From the IMG/VR virus record IMGVR_UViG_3300012942_000022, positions 1 to 38,762 of that record: a stretch of DNA of 38,762 bases. One strand, given 5' to 3'. Shown here piece by piece: positions 1 through 9,856 of the stretch. The notes under the pieces are model-generated. The model did no database searches. It saw only the letters and a program-made list of their open reading frames with translations, and was not told where the DNA came from. The stretch is from a virus (lineage: Duplodnaviria; Caudoviricetes). Position numbers and translations under genes: made by a program. Numbering within the stretch: position 1 is the stretch's first letter; each line of letters opens with the position of its first letter.

Positions 1-123
1 ATCTGAACCGTCGGAGGTATCTACTACTACTTGGGGATTTACACCATTTAATGTAAGTAGATTACCTTGTATGTTTCCATTCACATCCAACTTCGCGCTC
101 GGTGATGTCGTGCCAACACCTAC
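1..123. repeat. Terminal direct repeat copy 1 (circularisation overlap)
   Basis: 1-123 is identical to 38640-38762. Confidence 0.97.
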
Positions 124-801
124 ATTGCCAGCGGTGTAGCTGATACTGCCGCTGCCGGTCGCCCATTGGCTCCATAGGTTCGTCGTGCCCTGGCTGATGT
201 CGTCGGTATCGAGCAGCACGGTGCCGCTCTGCCCGTTGACCGAAAGCACGTTATCGGTCGGGGTTGAGAGCTTCACGATGTCGCCGGTGTCGGTCGGGTC
301 GTCACTCGTGATGATGTAGCTCTGCCCGCCGCCGGTCGAGACGGTGAAGAAGTCGCCGCGCTGGGCTGCCTGCACGTCGCTATCATCAAGGGCTGTGGTG
401 GTATTGGTGAAATTGCCGAGATATTGCGTGACAGCAAGAGGAGGTAGGTTGAGCGAGGGGACGAAGCCATCGTCGTCGAGCGGGGCCAGGCCGCCCGCCA
501 CGCCACGCTGCAGCGCTATACGGGCATCTGCCTGGGCATCCGTGTAATCCGATGGCCAAGCGGTACGGCAATCCGTTGAAAAGCAAAACGTATCTACAGA
601 AGCTATAGGGAATGTTGAAGTCGCAGTTGTTGACGTCGCAACGACATATGGCACTTGAATAGGTGCAGACCACATATTCGAGAACGGGCGCAATACCGTT
701 CCAGTGAAGTCCCATTGTGTAGAGACTGCGCCTGCCACATGCGTTGTGGCGAAGAACAATCCGAGGATGAAAGCAAGCAAGAATGGAAGTATCTTTTTCA
801 T
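1..801 (-). CDS. N-terminal 267 aa of tail-fibre/adhesin-like protein (continues across the origin into 38639..36024; ~1138 aa total)
   Basis: ATG at 801, 4 nt after the upstream stop, is open to base 1: MKKILPFLLAFILGLFFATTHVAGA...ATSTTATSTF...GNVGVGTTSPSAKLDVNGNIQG. It joins the 36024 ORF in frame. Missing from the ORF track because it has no stop in the window. Confidence 0.85.
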   Translation of the reverse strand, partial: MKKILPFLLAFILGLFFATTHVAGAVSTQWDFTGTVLRPFSNMWSAPIQVPYVVATSTTATSTFPIASVDTFCFSTDCRTAWPSDYTDAQADARIALQRGVAGGLAPLDDDGFVPSLNLPPLAVTQYLGNFTNTTTALDDSDVQAAQRGDFFTVSTGGGQSYIITSDDPTDTGDIVKLSTPTDNVLSVNGQSGTVLLDTDDISQGTTNLWSQWATGSGSISYTAGNVGVGTTSPSAKLDVNGNIQGNLLTLNGVNPQVVVDTSDGSD

Positions 802-805
802 AGGC

Positions 806-1657
806 TTATTTGAATCCTTTTACAAAATTGCTTGGCGCCATTGGCAATGTCGCCACATTCCCATTGAGAGTGAACCCATTGGCCGCATCCTCAATGAAGA
901 AACCGAACTCGGTTGCGATAATAATTGGCGGCGCATCGAACGTGAACGAAGTACGTGAGCCGTCCGGGTCCTCCTGTGCAGCAAGCGGCGTGAGTCCTCC
1001 TGCTGTCGTTTCATCAGCCCATACGAGCTGTTTTCCATCCGCAGACACCTTTAGAACCTTATTCTCACTGCCCTTGTATGCGGCACCGAGTCCTTTTGCC
1101 TTATTCGGTGCGTCTAGGATGTCGAAGAAGTAGCCGGGACTGCCTCCTCCGTAGTAACTGGAAGCATGCTTTGATACGAAGCCTTTTATCATTTCTTCGA
1201 GTCCTTTGAGATCCTGCGGGAGTTCGGATGCGGGAGTGGTGAGTGCCTGCTCTATCCTGCTCAGACGGGCATCGAGATCGGTGCGGACACCTTCCATGAT
1301 CGGAGCGACCATCGCGCCAATCTCCTCTGATGTAGGCGTATGGCCGTCCTTCGGAGTGGGAATTTGGCTAACTGCGTCTGAAATGAGGCGCGCTGCGTAG
1401 CCTTGGAGATATTCGAGCACGGCATTAAACCGCCCCTGAAGCTGTTTCTCGATAGCTTCTCGTTTCGTCGTGAGCTCCTTCTCCGTTCGCGTTGCAAATT
1501 CTGCAACTGATCCTTTTATCTGTTCCTCGACTTCTTCGCCGCGAAGAAGTCGCAAGGACATGCCAGAGCGAATGGGACGTGTAAACCGCCCCTGAAGCTG
1601 TTTCTCGATAGCTTCTCGCCTTTCCGGAGTGAGTCGCTTTCGCGTAGACGCAATCAT
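806..1657 (-). CDS. Hypothetical late protein with coiled-coil N-terminus and internal duplication
   Basis: 283-aa ORF directly downstream of a late-promoter motif; REAIEKQLQGRF occurs twice. Confidence 0.75.
   Translation of the reverse strand: MIASTRKRLTPERREAIEKQLQGRFTRPIRSGMSLRLLRGEEVEEQIKGSVAEFATRTEKELTTKREAIEKQLQGRFNAVLEYLQGYAARLISDAVSQIPTPKDGHTPTSEEIGAMVAPIMEGVRTDLDARLSRIEQALTTPASELPQDLKGLEEMIKGFVSKHASSYYGGGSPGYFFDILDAPNKAKGLGAAYKGSENKVLKVSADGKQLVWADETTAGGLTPLAAQEDPDGSRTSFTFDAPPIIIATEFGFFIEDAANGFTLNGNVATLPMAPSNFVKGFK
1426..1618. repeat. 37-bp exact direct repeat (1426-1462 and 1582-1618)
   Basis: TAAACCGCCCCTGAAGCTGTTTCTCGATAGCTTCTCG twice, 156 bp apart and in frame. Confidence 0.95.
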
Positions 1658-1663
1658 GCAAAA

Positions 1664-1707
1664 ACTATATAAAATAAGGGAATTTTAACCTTCGAAATAT
1701 TCCGACA
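1664..1707 (-). promoter_or_regulatory. Putative late promoter: TGTCGGAATATTT-N25-TATAGT
   Basis: Motif copy; ATG at 1657 lies 6 nt after the -10. Confidence 0.8.
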
Positions 1708-1764
1708 TATTGGCTATCTCGTCGCCTTATTGTGTATTCCGAGGAAGCATTGTATAGCTGGTAT

Positions 1765-1938
1765 ATGAAAGAACACGAGAACAATCGCGTGAACTGGTTC
1801 TACCTACTTGTGCTGCTAACCGCTGTTTTTATGATTTATATGATCGGCAGAAATTCAGGTTATAACTCCTGTTTAAACCTGTCAGAACACGACTACTCGA
1901 TAGCGCAACTTAAACATCTAATTTATGGAACCGAGTAA
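1765..1938 (+). CDS. Small single-TM membrane protein (moron-like)
   Basis: MKEHENNRVNWFYLLVLLTAVFMIYMIGRNSG...; one of very few plus-strand genes, AT-rich. Confidence 0.55.
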   Translation: MKEHENNRVNWFYLLVLLTAVFMIYMIGRNSGYNSCLNLSEHDYSIAQLKHLIYGTE

Positions 1939-4900
1939 GAGCGAGATCTGATTGATTACCTCTTTGTTGATGAGCTTTTTCGCAGCAAGATCTTCTATAT
2001 AATCTGCCTTCTCATCCCCAGTCTTCATATCTTTTAATTGCTCAACGATATATTTGGCGCGTTCTCCGTTCTGCACATTTAGCATCTTTACAAGTCTGTC
2101 ATTGGAGGTGAGCCCCAATTTCTCATCTTTCGCTATCTCCATGATAGCTTTCGCTTCCAGCGGGTCTTTCGCCGCAATTTCCGTGAGTTCATCTGCAGCC
2201 TCGTCGCCACGGCCATCGGCCGCTAATTTCTTTATTTCCGTCCAATCCTTCTCTGCTGTAGCTTTACGTACGAACGTATCCGCAGCTTGTCGGTCTATAC
2301 GCTCGAAGAGATTATCGCTGCCCTCAAAGTGCTTTCGCGCTTCGCTTGTTGCGTCCGCACCGAACGCAAGAGCGCGCGCAATATTTTGTGGCGAGTGCGA
2401 GACTGCAAACGATACACGTCCTTTAGAATCTTCAGCTACGCCATGCAAGAGCGACATTAGACCCTGGTAAGTCTTCTTTAACTGTATGCCGCCCACGGGC
2501 GGAAGGAGGCGATATACGGCGTCTTCAAGACCGCTCACGATGAGTGGCGTCCCGAATCGGCCAGAAATCATCGAATTACCGAACACCTCCTGTTTATCCA
2601 TCGGCGCTCCGGTAAGGTATTGAGTTATCTTCTGGACTCCTGAATCTGGCACTATTGCGGCCGCTTGTTGCCCCAATGGAATATTCGCAAGAATCTCGCC
2701 AGCTTGCCGACCGAGCAACTTTACAGCACCGCGAGCATAGTCTCCTTCTTCCCATTCATTCGATAGGGCGATACTCCCCTCTATCAAAGAGTTAATTGGA
2801 TCGATTGCTACGCGTGAACCCCGTACTTGTTCGGCAATCTCATTCATCGCATAGTTTGCGACAAAGAATGTCATGAGAGCCCCAGCATCTCTCTCGTCAA
2901 CCCAATCTTTCATGATCCACCATGCGTTTCCTACCTCGAGTGTAAATGGGAAGACGAATTGTGCCGTGAGTGCTTTTTGACCGAGTGGTACTTCACCGAT
3001 ACCGCGCCCAGCGACCATTTTGCGAGTCTTGTCGTCTGCATACTTGACTGCATCTTCGATTTCTCCCTTTGTTTTGAGCGCAAGAGCTTTTTCATACTCA
3101 GAGTTCCATATGAATTTTGTACCTGCCATATCCATGGCGCGCAGCACCCAGCTTGCCTGCTTTTTAAGCAGATCTCCCGTTGCTTTTACAGGACGATTTT
3201 TAAATTGAAACGGGAATCGCTCGGAGGCAGATTGGGCAAAACGCTCTTTTAGAAAGATTGATTGCGTCAACGGTTCATTCTCAACGACCAAACCTCCGAA
3301 CGAGCGTTTTAATCCTTTCGCGGCGTACAGCTTCGTATCGGCGATACCCGCAGGAACGTTAAATACCTGCGCGAGTGCAGAACTGAACGTAGTTATACTA
3401 TTCGCTTTCATGCGATTATTAACGAATCGCGCGGCTCGAATAGTGCGACGGCCGACTACGCGCTGTGTCCAGCGGTCCATCGGGTTTGTGTTGCCCGTCA
3501 GGTCACGCGCGAAGTCATCAAGGAATCCGAGGAAGGACTCGGCTCCTTTGCTCCTGAATTTCTTTCCGTTCGGTAGCTCCAATTCCTCGCCTGCTTTCGG
3601 TGAGATCCCCGCAAGCTTGCTCCGGAGATACCGGAATGTCGATATGGTAGGTTCAATTTCCTTTGCGTATGCAAATGCCGGGATATAATCCACAAAACCG
3701 CCGATTGCATCAAGCTTCGTCGCCTGTCCTTCACGTTTTTCTGCGAACGGAAGGAATCTGGATTTTGCTTTCGTGAATTCAGAGAGCCCGACAAGGTTAG
3801 GGTCAATGCCGGATGGCGTATCGAAGAACTCGCGCAAGGCATCTCCCCAGGATTCAGTGAGGTCCGTGAAGTGACGGTAATAATTCGCGCGCTTCGCGAT
3901 GAGCTTCCCTGGCGTGTTCGGGTATATTTTCTTTCGTACAGCATTCAGCTCGTCAATAAGCCGGTCGTACGTCTCTCGGAAGAACTTGTCTGCCGCGATG
4001 ATATTAGCTGCTTTCTCTTTGCCAAATTCGTTTACCAGATCGTCACGCGACATGCGCAGACCATCCGGAAGATCCGTATCACCGTACCGTTGAATGGCAG
4101 CAGATTCTTTGGAGCCGCGACGAAAGCCGAATTTCTTGACCACCTCATCATCCAGATTGTCAGCCAGATCTTTATTGAGATCTACGAAGTGACCCTTGGC
4201 TTCGTCGAACGGATCGAGTACAGCTTTCTTAACTTCCGCATATTTTTCGCCGAAAAACCGTTCAAAATTGCGATAGATGTCACGTGCCTGCCCTGCGAAT
4301 CCGGAAATATCTTTAAAGTAATCGCGGAAATTTGCCGCATTCACGATGCGGTCAATCGCTTGGACGTGCTGCTTTGGCACAATCGCAATATCAGCGAGAC
4401 CCTCCTGCAGGATACGCGCCTCGCGAACACGCGGCTTAAGCTCTTTGAGCTGTTCCTTGATATTATCCACCTCTGTTCGCATCGCCGCATAACGCTCTAT
4501 GCGCTCCTGTGCTTCACTAAAATCGCCGCCTTCAATACCAGAGTCTTGAAGATACTTATCTAATTCGACTGCATATTCTTCTGTCTTCGTGAGCTTGCCG
4601 GGGTTCCCAGGATAGAGCTTGTCCCCTGATGCACCTGTACGCCGGTAATTCTCGATAGCCTTCTTGTGCCGTACCGCGCGCCCGTGAATTTCCTGAAGCT
4701 CCATGACAGAGTCATCGGCAGCATTCTTCTTATTTGGCCCCATAAAAAGCTTCTTGAATACGGAAGCAATGCCTTCGTCATCCGACGAAAGCGCATCTTC
4801 AAGGAATGACTTCTGTAGGGAAAGGTTCTCATACTGGTCGACAATCTTCTGGTTAACGTCGTCCCAGATACGATCGTATTCGGCTGCTGCAGCGACAGCT

Positions 4901-7110
4901 TCCTCCGGCTTCTCGAAACGATTCTTTATGGTCGTGATGAGTCGTATCTTCTCGTCTTGGCGCATCATTTTGCGCACGACGGGATTAAGCGTCTCGTCCA
5001 ATACCTCTTTGGCAGACTGCGCCAGGCCTTTTTCACCAGCCTGTACAGAAGACTTGCCTGCAGCGATTATCTCGCCTTGTTTGAAGCGCGCGTCTAGGTC
5101 CCTGCCAGAGCGAATTAGGCTTTCTACCGTTTCGATGCGTTTTGTTCGTACGAAGCGACTAACCATTCGGTCAATCACCTTGTCAGGCAAATTCGGAAAC
5201 TCATTCTTTAAGATGTTCAGTACCTCGTACGGGTCCTTAGCAGAACCAAGAGTCTTTACGAGATTTGGCGAGATTGCTCTGTTTTCGGCTGCTCCCGTAG
5301 GGCTTCGTCCGCCGCTATCATCATTGAATCCGTGTCGTTCGGATTCTTTAGGTATGCTTCTCCCGCCGCTTTCAATCCGGCGCGGCGCAGCTCCTCGTTC
5401 GACATCGTTTGAGAGTTTTTGGTAGCTTGCGAGTCTTTCATCATTTTTGAGTATATCATATGCCTTTGATGGTTTTATGCCTACCTCCCGCAGGATATAG
5501 GCAGGGTCAATGAAATGACCACCCTTCTTGAAGCGATCGACGGCTCGCGCAGCCGCTTTTTCTGGTGCGAGCTCGACGTGATGGAGATGTATATCGTATC
5601 CGGCATCATGATAGGCCTTTATACTCTTCGCAACCTGCTCTGGATCGCCGCCAACCATTTGAAGTATTGTATTGTCCCCCTTCTCACGTGCTATCTTCCG
5701 CACTTCGGCGGCAAGACGTGTAGACTCAGCATGTACGAGCTGTGAACCTTCACCCTTAATTCCATATTCCGGGAGCATCTTTTTTATCGCATCTGCATCA
5801 GGCACGATTGAGCCATGTTCACGTGCGAGATCTTCGACGATCGTTGATTTGCCGGAAGCAGGTGCACCAATAACAAGGTCAAGTCGCTTCCCCTGCTTCG
5901 CTGCCCCATCGCCATACGTCTCCCTCACGATAGCATCACGCAAAACGTTTCTTTCTTCAGTATTTATCTCTTGTGTTGGCGTACCCTTAGCCGTCAATGC
6001 GCGCGCTTCTTTGATCTCGGGAGTATCAAGATTTGCGAGATGCGTATCGATCTCTTCCGGCATGAGATCTCTTAGCGGCTCATATCCCTGCTTCCCAGCC
6101 TCAATGATGGATTTCTTGTTGGCATTCTCGGCAGCTGTCTGCTGAGCACCTTTCACGAATTTCGTAATCTGTTCGGCTTCTTCCGGAGTACGTGCATCGC
6201 GATATAGAGGAGTGAGGAATTGAATAGCTGAATCAGAGAGAGTCGGATTCTCTCGTTTGAGCAGGGCCTGCACGCCCTCGTCTGTTCCCTCTTTTGCAGC
6301 TTCCGCAAGCGCGTCTTTCGACATCTTGAATACTGCTTTTTCTCCTGCGCCAAGCGCGCCTCCGACACCAGGCTCGTCCCCTAATATGGTCCCGAGCACG
6401 GCAAATCCGGCAAATGCCTTCGCTCCATTCGGAGTCGCACTTTTATCTAGAGCCCATACGTTGGCGGCCTTAAAAATTTGCTGATAGGTGTCTGCTTTAC
6501 CTTGGTCTTCTTCCGATACACCAGTAATGCTTGCCAGCAACGGAGAAGGTCCCGCCTCCTTGTGTTGCTCTTTATATCCAGGAAGTGACGCATCCGCAAT
6601 CGATGTGCCAATGCGAAGCACGCCTTCATTGAAGGCTTGCGAGAGGGAACCTGTGAGCTTAAACGGACCTGCGACCGTTTTCTCGAGGCCTGAGACCCAG
6701 TCGCTAGGTTGAAGAGTGAGTTTTCCAGAAGCGAAATCTGCAATATTTTTCGCATTTGTATTGAGAAAAGAATCACCCGCACCTCCCATTTTTCGAAGAA
6801 TATCCCCGCCTGTACCAAAGAGATTCTTAATGAATGGAGACGCAGTCTCCTCGAATTGCGATTGTCGCTCTTCGGCTTGCTGCTCAAAAGATGCGCGTGA
6901 ATTCTGTTTCGATGGTGGGGCAATATTAAAACGTGTTGCGAGCGAATCCGCTAATGGTGTCGAGGTAGTGGCGATTGTCTTTGGAGTTGGAGCCGGCGTT
7001 TCCTTCTGGTGTTCGTCTGAACTAAGACCAAATTGAATTCGCAACCTATCCGCGATCGGTGTCAGCACCTTCTTTGCGTCTGCCTTAAGCGTGTCGAAGA
7101 ATGAAGCCAT
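1918..7110 (-). CDS. Large putative ejection/internal virion (polyvalent) protein with zeta-toxin-like P-loop kinase domain
   Basis: 1730 aa, placed after the tail genes. Motifs LVIGAPASGKST (Walker A), PDADAIKKMLPEY, VHAES, GYDIHLHHV and RFKKGGHFID. Confidence 0.75.
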   Translation of the reverse strand: MASFFDTLKADAKKVLTPIADRLRIQFGLSSDEHQKETPAPTPKTIATTSTPLADSLATRFNIAPPSKQNSRASFEQQAEERQSQFEETASPFIKNLFGTGGDILRKMGGAGDSFLNTNAKNIADFASGKLTLQPSDWVSGLEKTVAGPFKLTGSLSQAFNEGVLRIGTSIADASLPGYKEQHKEAGPSPLLASITGVSEEDQGKADTYQQIFKAANVWALDKSATPNGAKAFAGFAVLGTILGDEPGVGGALGAGEKAVFKMSKDALAEAAKEGTDEGVQALLKRENPTLSDSAIQFLTPLYRDARTPEEAEQITKFVKGAQQTAAENANKKSIIEAGKQGYEPLRDLMPEEIDTHLANLDTPEIKEARALTAKGTPTQEINTEERNVLRDAIVRETYGDGAAKQGKRLDLVIGAPASGKSTIVEDLAREHGSIVPDADAIKKMLPEYGIKGEGSQLVHAESTRLAAEVRKIAREKGDNTILQMVGGDPEQVAKSIKAYHDAGYDIHLHHVELAPEKAAARAVDRFKKGGHFIDPAYILREVGIKPSKAYDILKNDERLASYQKLSNDVERGAAPRRIESGGRSIPKESERHGFNDDSGGRSPTGAAENRAISPNLVKTLGSAKDPYEVLNILKNEFPNLPDKVIDRMVSRFVRTKRIETVESLIRSGRDLDARFKQGEIIAAGKSSVQAGEKGLAQSAKEVLDETLNPVVRKMMRQDEKIRLITTIKNRFEKPEEAVAAAAEYDRIWDDVNQKIVDQYENLSLQKSFLEDALSSDDEGIASVFKKLFMGPNKKNAADDSVMELQEIHGRAVRHKKAIENYRRTGASGDKLYPGNPGKLTKTEEYAVELDKYLQDSGIEGGDFSEAQERIERYAAMRTEVDNIKEQLKELKPRVREARILQEGLADIAIVPKQHVQAIDRIVNAANFRDYFKDISGFAGQARDIYRNFERFFGEKYAEVKKAVLDPFDEAKGHFVDLNKDLADNLDDEVVKKFGFRRGSKESAAIQRYGDTDLPDGLRMSRDDLVNEFGKEKAANIIAADKFFRETYDRLIDELNAVRKKIYPNTPGKLIAKRANYYRHFTDLTESWGDALREFFDTPSGIDPNLVGLSEFTKAKSRFLPFAEKREGQATKLDAIGGFVDYIPAFAYAKEIEPTISTFRYLRSKLAGISPKAGEELELPNGKKFRSKGAESFLGFLDDFARDLTGNTNPMDRWTQRVVGRRTIRAARFVNNRMKANSITTFSSALAQVFNVPAGIADTKLYAAKGLKRSFGGLVVENEPLTQSIFLKERFAQSASERFPFQFKNRPVKATGDLLKKQASWVLRAMDMAGTKFIWNSEYEKALALKTKGEIEDAVKYADDKTRKMVAGRGIGEVPLGQKALTAQFVFPFTLEVGNAWWIMKDWVDERDAGALMTFFVANYAMNEIAEQVRGSRVAIDPINSLIEGSIALSNEWEEGDYARGAVKLLGRQAGEILANIPLGQQAAAIVPDSGVQKITQYLTGAPMDKQEVFGNSMISGRFGTPLIVSGLEDAVYRLLPPVGGIQLKKTYQGLMSLLHGVAEDSKGRVSFAVSHSPQNIARALAFGADATSEARKHFEGSDNLFERIDRQAADTFVRKATAEKDWTEIKKLAADGRGDEAADELTEIAAKDPLEAKAIMEIAKDEKLGLTSNDRLVKMLNVQNGERAKYIVEQLKDMKTGDEKADYIEDLAAKKLINKEVINQISLLLGSIN

Positions 7111-7120
7111 AACGGAAGCA

Positions 7121-8638
7121 TTAGCTCCCGCGGAGCTGTGTCACGAGTGCATTAATATCGGAATCATCATCGCTATTCTGTTCTTTCTCCCACTCTGCAA
7201 GTGAGTTCACGATATTCTCTGGAGTTGGATTCGGGTATTGCTGGCCGGTACCATTTCGTATGAAGGCGTCCTGGAATGACGGCGGAGTGGAAAGGAAGGC
7301 AGCCTGCGTCTGTGCAGAAGCGCCCTGCAGGTTTGCACGAGTGATGGTGCGGCGCTCCGTGTCCGTATATGCGTCAAAATCACCCGCACCGCCGCTCGAG
7401 CTCGGCGCTTTGGAGGATATGACCTTACCGGTCGCGTCTCGCAACACCTGGAATCCTCCCACGTTCTCCACAGAGAGTTCAGTGGAAGGCGGCGTGAAGT
7501 AAAGTGTCTCATCGCCTACCTTAAGCGATACGACATCTGTACGTCCTTCTGCGTATGGGACATATTTATATCCATCCTTCGAAAGGTCGTTTATCGTGTC
7601 GTTAATCTCGTCGCGCTGACTTTGCGCGGCCATTTTTTCATTGATCTCGTCGACCGTATCGTTCAGCGAAACTCCCGCGCGAGCCATGAATTTTGCATCG
7701 TCCGGAGTGACCATGAGCTTCTTGAGGTAGTCACTAGTCGCTTGAATGTTGTCGAGCTTATCCTTCGCAAGCGATACCTCTGAAGATGCGTAGTCTTCGT
7801 AAATTTTATTCTTCGCGAGCTCGCCCGTCTGCACCAGGTTCATGTACGCCTCGTTATACGTAAGCGTGTCCTGCCAGCTCGCAGATACGGCTGATTGCGC
7901 ATTATTGATGATTGAATGCGCTTCGGAGATATTGCCGTCAAGTCCGGTAAGGACGGCTTGGAGAACACCCGCGCGCGCCTGAACATCCTGTGTCGTCTGG
8001 GAGATACTCTTATCAAGCACACTGAGGGCGATGGGCTGGCTTTTAGCTCGTTCTATAAGCTGATTGCCTTGCGTGAGCAGTTTCTTTAGCTCATCTACCG
8101 TGCTGCGGCGCGTATTGAAATCCTCTTCGAGCGTCGCTGAAGCGTCTTCCGCAGCGTCCAATTGGTTTTGCATGATTCGACCCTCTTGCGCGCTTGTTTC
8201 GCGCTTTGCCGGATCGCTCTCCTTCATTATTCCCTCTAGCTTCGTATTCAGCTCATCCTGACGCTCCAAACCTTCATCTCGTTGCTTTGCAAGAGAAGTG
8301 TTCAGATTGGCTTCTGCAGAGTCCACAGAGGACTGTACGCCTGTCTGGAAGGATTCCTGAGCTGCTGGCGCTGTTGGTTGTGGCATGGAGACGGAACCTG
8401 CTCCTGATAGCTTTGTTGCGTCTATGGCGCCACTACTATCTGTTATCGGCGCCTGAGCCGGTATAGCTGCAGGAACTGATGGCTTTGATGGTGTTTGCTT
8501 CTTCGTTTGAGAGGCCATGACCCCGCTCTTTGGGTCTGCATCGGAAAATCCCTTAAGCATGCCGAGTGCAGCATCCTGGTCGGTGGCCTCGAAATTCTTC
8601 AATTGACCTGTGCGAGTTGCGTAAGAAAAAGTAGCCAT
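7121..8638 (-). CDS. Putative ejection/internal virion protein (coiled-coil)
   Basis: Start placed at MATFSYATRTG (8638), just below a late-promoter motif; helical and acidic; precedes the large ejection-like gene. Confidence 0.65.
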   Translation of the reverse strand: MATFSYATRTGQLKNFEATDQDAALGMLKGFSDADPKSGVMASQTKKQTPSKPSVPAAIPAQAPITDSSGAIDATKLSGAGSVSMPQPTAPAAQESFQTGVQSSVDSAEANLNTSLAKQRDEGLERQDELNTKLEGIMKESDPAKRETSAQEGRIMQNQLDAAEDASATLEEDFNTRRSTVDELKKLLTQGNQLIERAKSQPIALSVLDKSISQTTQDVQARAGVLQAVLTGLDGNISEAHSIINNAQSAVSASWQDTLTYNEAYMNLVQTGELAKNKIYEDYASSEVSLAKDKLDNIQATSDYLKKLMVTPDDAKFMARAGVSLNDTVDEINEKMAAQSQRDEINDTINDLSKDGYKYVPYAEGRTDVVSLKVGDETLYFTPPSTELSVENVGGFQVLRDATGKVISSKAPSSSGGAGDFDAYTDTERRTITRANLQGASAQTQAAFLSTPPSFQDAFIRNGTGQQYPNPTPENIVNSLAEWEKEQNSDDDSDINALVTQLRGS

Positions 8639-8649
8639 GGATTGCTTAA

Positions 8650-8693
8650 ATAGTACTAATTTAGTGCCCAATTCAGCGTTTTTAATTCCGACA
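8650..8693 (-). promoter_or_regulatory. Putative late promoter variant: TGTCGGAATTAAA-N25-TACTAT
   Basis: Same spacing as the other five copies; ATG at 8638. Confidence 0.7.
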
Positions 8694-8743
8694 TGCTCAG
8701 ACTCGGCATTGACCAATGCTGGCATGAGTGGTATTGATGAGAT

Positions 8744-9193
8744 ATGAAAAAGAACCTCGCAATCATCCCGATTTTGTTTGCAGTGCTTTTCGTTGCGGCT
8801 CCGGCACATGCTGCGACTCCGAACCAGTCATGCTGGATATTCTCTGAGAAATTCGAAGAAGTGCAGGGCCTAAGCTGTCTTGTGCTCCATGGCAATCCGG
8901 CAATAATGACGGAGGCAAAGGCGCAAGAGCAGGCGTATGCATACTTCAGCGCAAAAGGTACGCTGAACACAGATGCAAGCACCACCATCAAGCCCCTGTT
9001 CGGCAGCCTTATCTCGAATGTGACAGCGACCACGACGCTCTCGAGCAAGGAGATAAAAGCTGCACGCAAAACGCAACAGAAGCAAATAAGGGAAGCCGTA
9101 AAGGAGCTCCAGAAATTCGTACATACGCTGAACAAGCGGGATCTCACCACCGATGAGATTAACGAACTCAAGGCGATTCTCATTGCGCAATAA
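8744..9193 (+). CDS. Secreted/exported hypothetical protein
   Basis: Sec-type signal peptide MKKNLAIIPILFAVLFVAAPAHA; fills the gap between minus-strand genes. Confidence 0.75.
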   Translation: MKKNLAIIPILFAVLFVAAPAHAATPNQSCWIFSEKFEEVQGLSCLVLHGNPAIMTEAKAQEQAYAYFSAKGTLNTDASTTIKPLFGSLISNVTATTTLSSKEIKAARKTQQKQIREAVKELQKFVHTLNKRDLTTDEINELKAILIAQ

Positions 9194-9199
9194 GCCATA

Positions 9200-9853
9200 T
9201 CAGGTGATCTTCAGCGTTCCGCCGCTGTTATATAGGTGATTGCTTCCTGCTGGCGCGCTAGTCGGAAGCCCGTAGATACTGATGCCGCTTTTCGATATAT
9301 AAATATCGAAAAGCGTACCGTTCCGTATATCATCATCTTTGTCTTCCATATAGGAGAGGCGCACTTCTCCCTCGGGACCATATGCAACCGCATGAAAGAT
9401 AGTGCCTTCGCCGCCGTCCGTTTCTGTTGCAGCATCCATCACGTACACGCCTGACCGGTTCTCATCGTCGCTGCCATTTCGCGAGACACGCATGCGGATG
9501 ACACCGTTCACGTAGCCCTCTTTTGTGCCTATCTCGGTGCGCGAGTCTGCCTCAAGGTCTATGAGATGCGTATTTCGGGAATTACCGTCGCCCTCGCGGC
9601 CGATAGTAATGCTATTTATCCCGTCAACGGATGCGTCTCTGAAGAACATCTCGGCTGCATTCTTCACATTCACGAGACCGGTTATCAATTTCCGTGCCGG
9701 ATCTATCTTTTTTCCAGGACGATTCCGGATTGAAAAGCTGTTCTGGAACAGAAACTCGCGCACGTCCCTGAAGACATGGGCGAGCGGATCAAATCCGCTA
9801 CCGCGCCTTCGAGTCTCGCGAGTCGTACTTGGATTCTTGCGCTTTATTTCCAT
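9200..9853 (-). CDS. Hypothetical virion/tail-associated protein
   Basis: 217 aa, coupled to the upstream tail gene; fibre-like C-terminus (GLPTSAPAGSNHLYNSGGTLKIT). Confidence 0.65.
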   Translation of the reverse strand: MEIKRKNPSTTRETRRRGSGFDPLAHVFRDVREFLFQNSFSIRNRPGKKIDPARKLITGLVNVKNAAEMFFRDASVDGINSITIGREGDGNSRNTHLIDLEADSRTEIGTKEGYVNGVIRMRVSRNGSDDENRSGVYVMDAATETDGGEGTIFHAVAYGPEGEVRLSYMEDKDDDIRNGTLFDIYISKSGISIYGLPTSAPAGSNHLYNSGGTLKIT

Positions 9854-9856
9854 ACG

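Noticed and set aside
1-123. Biological terminal repeat of the virion DNA
   Set aside because: It falls in the middle of a gene; most simply an assembler overlap from a circular or permuted genome.
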